From: Candidatus Vampirococcus lugosii
Lineage (GTDB): Bacteria; Patescibacteriota; Gracilibacteria; Absconditabacterales; Absconditicoccaceae
Length of the DNA: 7,081 bases
Direction of reading: 5' to 3'
NCBI RefSeq assembly: GCF_018420025.1
Contig: NZ_JAEDAM010000053.1
Coordinates: 1 to 7,081, forward strand
The first letter of the stretch is position 1. The number at the start of each line of letters is the position of its first letter. Under the pieces are notes generated by a model. That model was given only the letters and a program-made list of their open reading frames with translations. It did no database searches and was not told the DNA's origin. This document shows, piece after piece, positions 1-6,400 of the stretch. The position numbers were made by a program, and so were the translations under genes.

Positions 1-90
1 CTACAGAGTGGTGTAAGAAGGGAATTAGCGACTGGGGTAAAGTCGTAACAAGGTATCCCTACGGGAACGTGGGGATGGACCATCTTTAAA
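1..90 (+). rRNA. rrs: 16S (SSU) rRNA, 3'-terminal ~90 nt; the 5' part lies outside the window
   Basis: Positions 40-55, AAGTCGTAACAAGGTA, are the universally conserved target region of the 1492R primer. Positions 31-55 match E. coli GACTGGGGTGAAGTCGTAACAAGGTA with one mismatch. Positions 55-76 fold as helix 45 (atccctacg / GGAA loop / cgtggggat; 9 bp including one G.U). The tail ggaccatctttaaa (77-90) aligns with GGAUCACCUCCUUA. The mature 3' end is placed by alignment from memory and is uncertain by a few nt. Confidence 0.9.
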
Positions 91-181
91 GTAAAGATAT
101 AAGTAGAGAATAAAATAAACAAAGGTTTATATACCATACTTCTTTTAATTATTATTGCATTGATATGAATATAAAATGTTT

Positions 182-216
182 AAAAAAAGCTAATTATTAA
201 TTTAATTAGTTTTTTT
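182..216 (+). terminator. possible weak intrinsic terminator downstream of the 16S gene
   Basis: An A-tract (182-188) is followed by the hairpin gctaatta (189-196) / taattagt (203-210) with a ~6-nt loop, then TTTTTT (211-216). The stem is almost all A-T with a single G-C pair, so it is thermodynamically weak. Such structures arise easily in AT-rich DNA. Confidence 0.25.
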
Positions 217-310
217 GTTGATTTTTTTAATGAAATTATTATATATACTATATATTATACTTAAGTTTTGTTTAAGTATAAATTTATTTATATTTATTAC
301 CAAAAAATAT

Positions 311-436
311 ATGAAAAATATGTGAGATAGATTTAATTTGTTAGGTGCAATAACTAAAGAAAAAAGTAAAAAGTTTTTTTCTCTTTTATTAGCTTTTCTA
401 TTAGTTTTTTCCAATATGACAAATTTTATTTATGCT
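311..436 (+). other. predicted Sec-type signal peptide (n-region KEKSKK, h-region FFSLLLAFLLVF, candidate cleavage IYA/IV)
   Basis: A basic stretch is followed by a 12-residue hydrophobic core and a small-residue x-A site (gct at 434-436). The n-region is long if ATG 311 is the true start. This is a by-eye prediction only. Confidence 0.5.
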
Positions 437-3400
437 ATTGTTCCTTCTGAGTATTTTCAATTTATAAAATCATCAAATCAAGACAATGTTGATTGAAATT
501 CTTTTGTAATAAAAAATTACACAGATATACAATGAACTTCTTCAGATTTATTTACTTGATTTGATAGTAATGATTGGGATGAATTTGATTGAAAAGATAT
601 ATCAGTTGATATAAGTTCAGTATGAACTTGAGAAATACATTGATTTACTTTGTGATCATGAGATAATGCAAACATAACTAATTTTGTATGAGTGCAAGAT
701 CAAGCTGATTTAGTCAGTAAAATAGAATCTTTACAATTTGCAAAAAATCTTACTGATTATTATAAACTTTTCTTAGATAATAATTTTTATTCTTTGAGAA
801 TTAATTTTGAAGATTGATATACTTTGGATTTTGTTGATCTAATTGGTTCAATGTCAATTGAAGAAGCATTAAGTTGACAAATTAAACAAATCTCTTGAGA
901 ATGAAATTATTGAACTTGAATAACAGAAAATATTGATTCATTTATAAGTAGTATAAGTGAAAATATTGAATATACAAGTTTTGATAATATTTTGGAAACA
1001 GAGACGATTTTATGAGAAGTTTTTGAACAAGTTGATGATCTTTATAGTATTTTTTCATTTTGATATCAAGATATTAAATTAGATGATAATAAATTTGTTA
1101 TCAAAAATCTTACTGATACAAAAGATGGAGATAATTTTAAAGAATTTTTTGTAAATACTGATCAATTGGATAGTAAGGATTTTGGTGCTGGTAAAAGTGT
1201 ATTGGTAGATTTAGAAAATGAAAAAGATTGAAAAATTTATTGATTTACAGTTTGAACTTGATCTACTGCAAATGAATTGATTTTTACTTGAAGTGGTGTT
1301 GATAGTATTGAAACTTTGATATGACAAATAGAATCATTGCAATTTGCAAAAAATCTTACTGATTATAATAATATTTTCTTGGAGAAAGAATTTTTGTCTT
1401 TGAAAATGAATTTTGAATGAGATAAAAGTATTGAATTGATAGATTTGATAGGATTGGATTATGCCTCTTGAGCTTTGGCTCAACTAGATACAGATCTTAA
1501 AACTTTTTTAACCAGTAATACTGAACCAGGGCTTTGAGAAACTATTTGAGATTGAGAATATTGAGATGCATCTGATACTCAAAATACTATTGATACTTTA
1601 ATTTGAATGATTGAAGATAATATAGATTTTTGAGATAGTGCAGATTATACATTAAATCAAAATGTTATTTTGTGAGAAATATTTAAAAATGCTTATCAGT
1701 GGAAAGATTGAGATTTAAGTGAAAATGATATAGTAGTTAAAAATCTTACTGATACAAAAATTTGAGAAGATTTTAAAGAAATTTTTGTAGATTCATCAAG
1801 TTTTGAAAACAAAAATTTTGGTTCTGGTGAAAATGTATTGGTAGATTTAGAAAAATTAGATAATTGAGAAATACATTGATTTACTTTGTGATCATGAGAT
1901 ACAGCAAATACAATTAATTTTGTATGACTTGAAAGTCAAGAAGATTTATTGAATGCAATAAAATCTTTTGAGTTCTTTAAAAATTATACTAATTATGGTG
2001 ATATATTTTTAGATAATGATTTTTTAACTGTAAAAATTAATTTTGATGATTGAGGAAGTTTATTATTAGTTGATTTAATTTCTTATAATGCAATTAATGC
2101 AATTGATGCAACAGTAAAAGATTATATAGAAAATAATTCAGCAAATGGAAAAGATTCTTTTGATGTTTCTATTGCAAATCTTGAAACTTTAAAGAAAATA
2201 GATTGAGTTTGAGATTCTACAGCAAACGATATTATTGATTTTTTTGGTTCAGGAGCTAATTTACCAGTTTGTAATATTTTGGATTTAGGTGAAGATTTAT
2301 GGGAAAATCCTTGAGTTACATATCAAAACTTGAAAAATACTTCTCATATCTCTATAAATAAATCTTGTGATTTATGATGAAGTTCTATTTGAGAAATAAT
2401 TATTTGAATGCTTACGGCAAATATAGAATATAATCAAATTGATTGAGATTGAGAAACTGATTGACAAATAATTTTGTGAGTTGTTGCTGATTATGTTGAA
2501 TCAGAAGAAGAATTAGTAGTAGATCCTCTTGAGGAATTAGTTGTTCAATATAATTTAATTTGATCTTGATTAAACCTTGTTTGAATTCAAAATAATTTTG
2601 ATCAGGTTTCAACTTGAAATATTCAAAATTTTACAGGTTTATCTTTCTCAAAAGAAAGTTTATGAAAAATTGAATTCAATACTTGATTTAATTTAACAAA
2701 TACTTGAACTATTGATTTTTTAAGTGGTTTAAACGATCAATTAGCAATGTCAGGTTGATATATACAATTTGATGCTGATGATTCTGTTTTTGATGTGTCA
2801 GCTACATTATCTATGAATTTGGAATGAGAATATGCAACTTGATTTGTAGAATATGCTAGTGGATGGGATTGAGAAGATTTTGATTGGATAAGTGTAAAAG
2901 ATAGTGATTGAAATGAAATTGAAGATTTATCAAATAAAATATCAAATTTAACTTGATCTTGTGATAATTGAGATTGTACAGTAAGTTTTGATACTGATTG
3001 ATTTACTTCTTTTGATCTGAATTTTGAAGTTTTGGAAGAAGTTGTTGACCCAGAAGAATATGAAATAGAATTTAATGTAAGTCCAGAAAATGCACAAATA
3101 GAAATTGATTGAAATACATATTCTCATAATCAAACTTGAAGTTTTGCTGATTGAAGCTATAATTATACTGCAAGTTTAACTTGATTTGTAACTAAAACTT
3201 GAACTTTTGAAGTAAGTTGAACTTGAAAAACTGTTAGTATTGAATTAGAAGAAGAAGTTGTTGACCCAGAAGAATATGAAATAGAATTTAATTTAAGTCC
3301 AGAAAATGCACAAATAGAAATTGATTGACAAACATATTTAAATAATTGAACATGAAGTTTTGTTAACTGAACTTATGAATATACTGCAAGTTTAACTTGA

Positions 3401-6400
3401 TTTGTAACTAAAACTTGAACTTTTGAAGTAAGTTGAACTTGAAAAACTGTTAGTATTGAATTAATTCAACCTTATTGAGAAGCTGAAATTAATAATATTT
3501 GTTTCTATTCTTATACAGATACTAATGAACAAGAATATTGTGATAAAAATATATTTAAAGATTCATTTAATGTTTATTTAACTTGAAATATTAATTGAAA
3601 TTCATTGTGAATAGCTAGTTGATATGATGATGAAGATTATAGTTTTGTATCAAAATATATTGATTCTCAATGAGAAGAAATAGAACTTGATTGATATCTT
3701 TATGAAAATAGAGATTGAGATATTGAGATAAGTTTTTATCTTGAAACATATAATCATGAAGAATGAGAAAATTTTGATATTAGTTCTTGAACTTGAACAT
3801 TAGAAATTAAATTCTTTTACAAAGAAGAAGAAGTAATATTATTGGAACAAGAAATGTTCTATGATAATGAAAAACCTCTTGTTACAGATATTTCTTCTGT
3901 AGATAATAATGATTGAACTTTTACTTTAACTGCTACTTGAACAGATAATTATTGAATAGAAAATTTTTATTGGTATGAAAATAATCCTGATAATTGTCAA
4001 AATTATCAAAATTATCAAATTAAATCTATATCTATGGAATGAGGAACTAATTGATTTTGTTGATATGATAGTTTTGCTACTTGATCAACAATAACAATAA
4101 CTCCTGATAGAGAAGAATATTTTGTAAAAACTTATGATTATGTTTGAAATTATTGAACTTGAAATATTAAATTAGATTTACAAGTTTCAAAACCTGAAAA
4201 TTTAATATCAACTTGAATTACTAATAATTGATTTACTATTGAATGGAATGAAGTAGAATGAGTTGATTCTTATGAAGTATTATTAAATTGAGAATTTAAA
4301 GAAAATGTATGAACTTGAACAAGTTATACTTTTGAAGGTTTAAGTTGATCTAAAAATTATTATCCATGAGTAAAAGCTGTTGAATGAGAAATAAAATCTG
4401 CTATTAATCAAATAAAAGTAAGAACATTATGAAATGAATTAAATTTGAATGTAAATGTAGATGAAAAATGTTTAGCTCCTGAATGAGAAAATCAAGAATG
4501 GTTATGGGTAAGACTTACAAAATCTTGATCTACAAATTGGAGAGATAATAAATATTCTTCAAGAAGTTTAACACAAACTTGAATAAATATTTTATTTGAA
4601 GATATTTCTTGAGATTATAGTTATAGAATTTCTACATGAAGATGTGGTGTCGTTAATTGAAGTTTAAATATTGATGGTGTTACTACTGAAACTGTAGAAA
4701 TATGAGTTGGTAAATGGATACAAACTATTATTAGAGAAAATACTTATACTTGAAGTATAGTAAGTAATTATAATTTACAATTAATAGATACTAATAGTAC
4801 TAAATCAACATTTGTTAGTTCTCAAACATGAACATTATTAAATTTATGAAATAATGATTATACAGTTAATATTAGAGATTGACAAACTTGGGCTAATAAA
4901 AATGTTGTTTGAATATATAGTTGAGCTAGTGAACTTTCTACATGAAATATATTAGAAAATTCTGATTATTCTACTTGAGATACTATAACAGTAGTAGTTC
5001 AAGAATGAAAAGTTATAAAATGAACTACAAATAGAGATTGATATATAAGTTTATATAATTCTACAACAAATTCTTATATAGCTTGAACAAGTATTAGAAA
5101 TTGAGAATTTGTGATGATGTGAATTCCAGCTTGAGAATATACTATAAATGCTAGGTCAAATAATTATAATTATAAAAATTATTCAAATTGAATTACAATA
5201 AATTGAGATTGAAATATTATTACTCATAATATTAATTTTGAACAAAAGGATTTAGATATATCATGAGAGTTTTCTAAAGATTATGCTTTAGAATGAAAAA
5301 ATATCTTTTTAAAACTTAATCCAAGTGAAAATAATTCTTGAAATATTAAATTTTTATCAGGTGATGATATAATAAATACTGCAAGTTATAGAGTTTTGGA
5401 TGATAATTGAGATTTGGTTAGTACTTGAACTATTGATTTGACAAATGGAGAAGATATAAATAATTTAAATTGAAATAATATTACAGTTAATTTACTATTA
5501 AAAGATAGTATTGATACTGATATTAATTTCTTAAGTATTGAGTTTGAAGCTTGAGATAATAAATTAGAATTATCTATTCCTATTGTTAGAATAGAATATA
5601 ATTCTCCTGCTACTGTAATTGAATGAGAAAAATTTAATGTAAGAGGTTTTGCAAGTCCTAATTCATTTATACATATATTACACAAATGAAATCTTATTTG
5701 AACTTGATCTACAAATAGAAATTGATGATTTAGTATAGAATCAAAAATAGAACAAGCTTGAACTTGAACAATTTTGATAAAAGATATTACTAATGATGTC
5801 TTTTCTGAAACATCAGATATTGAAGTTTGATCAAAAGATTGAGATTTACCTATATTAGAAAATTATGAAATAAAGGTAAATAATAATTCTAGAATAGATG
5901 AAGAAAATTGAAAAATACAATATTTTTCTGTTTGGGCTAATTTTAATCTTACAAGTGCTGATAAAGTAGAAGTTTTGGCTGATATAACAAATAATCCAGA
6001 TGAAGTAAATTATTATGTATGATGAGAAAAATTGACAAATTGAGTATTTGCGAAATGAACATATATTTGATATTGAACTAAAGATGTAGTTATTGAATAT
6101 ATTAAAAATAATAAAAAATATACTCAAACTATAGCAAAAATGGTAGTTTTGATTGATCCTGCTTGATTTGTATACAATAAAGATACTAATGAAAAAATTG
6201 CTTGAATAGAAGCAAAATTATATGAATTAGTTGATGAAAATTGAGATAGAATTGAAGATAAAACTTGAGTTGATGAAAGTTTATTATTATCTTGAGCATA
6301 TAGAGCTTGAAATTGATATAATAAAGATGATATAATAAATGATATAGATGTATGTAAATGATGATGAACTGCTTATCCATGTGAATGGCAAGAGTATGAT

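Noticed and set aside
218-249. Sigma70-like promoter: TTGATT (218-223), a 17-18 nt spacer, then ATATAT/TATATA (241-247) upstream of the giant gene
   Set aside because: In a spacer that is nearly 100% A/T, -10-like hexamers occur every few nucleotides. The match has no discriminating power without transcript data.
91-310. ITS tRNA (Ile/Ala) or the start of 23S rRNA after the 16S gene
   Set aside because: The segment is almost devoid of G/C and cannot form acceptor or anticodon stems. No conserved tRNA (GTTCGAATC-like T-loop) or 23S 5' motifs are visible.
202-414. Track ORF on the - strand (70 aa) spanning the spacer and the start of the giant gene
   Set aside because: It has low-complexity K/N/I/F composition, overlaps the predicted signal-peptide codons on the opposite strand, and lies in near-pure A/T spacer. 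It has no supporting feature.
628-1901. Exact 38-nt, 27-nt and 21-nt DNA repeats as possible IS or MITE termini
   Set aside because: They are direct rather than inverted repeats. They are in frame and sit at equivalent positions of the three protein modules. There is no transposase, and no target-site duplication pattern.
3113-3379. Diversity-generating retroelement (DGR) template/variable-region pair as the explanation for the hypervariable patch between the PEGA copies
   Set aside because: The 15 patch differences involve all base types (C/T, G/A, T/A, G/C, A/C) rather than adenine-specific substitutions in one copy. No reverse transcriptase or accessory gene lies in the window. A DGR elsewhere on the genome cannot be excluded.
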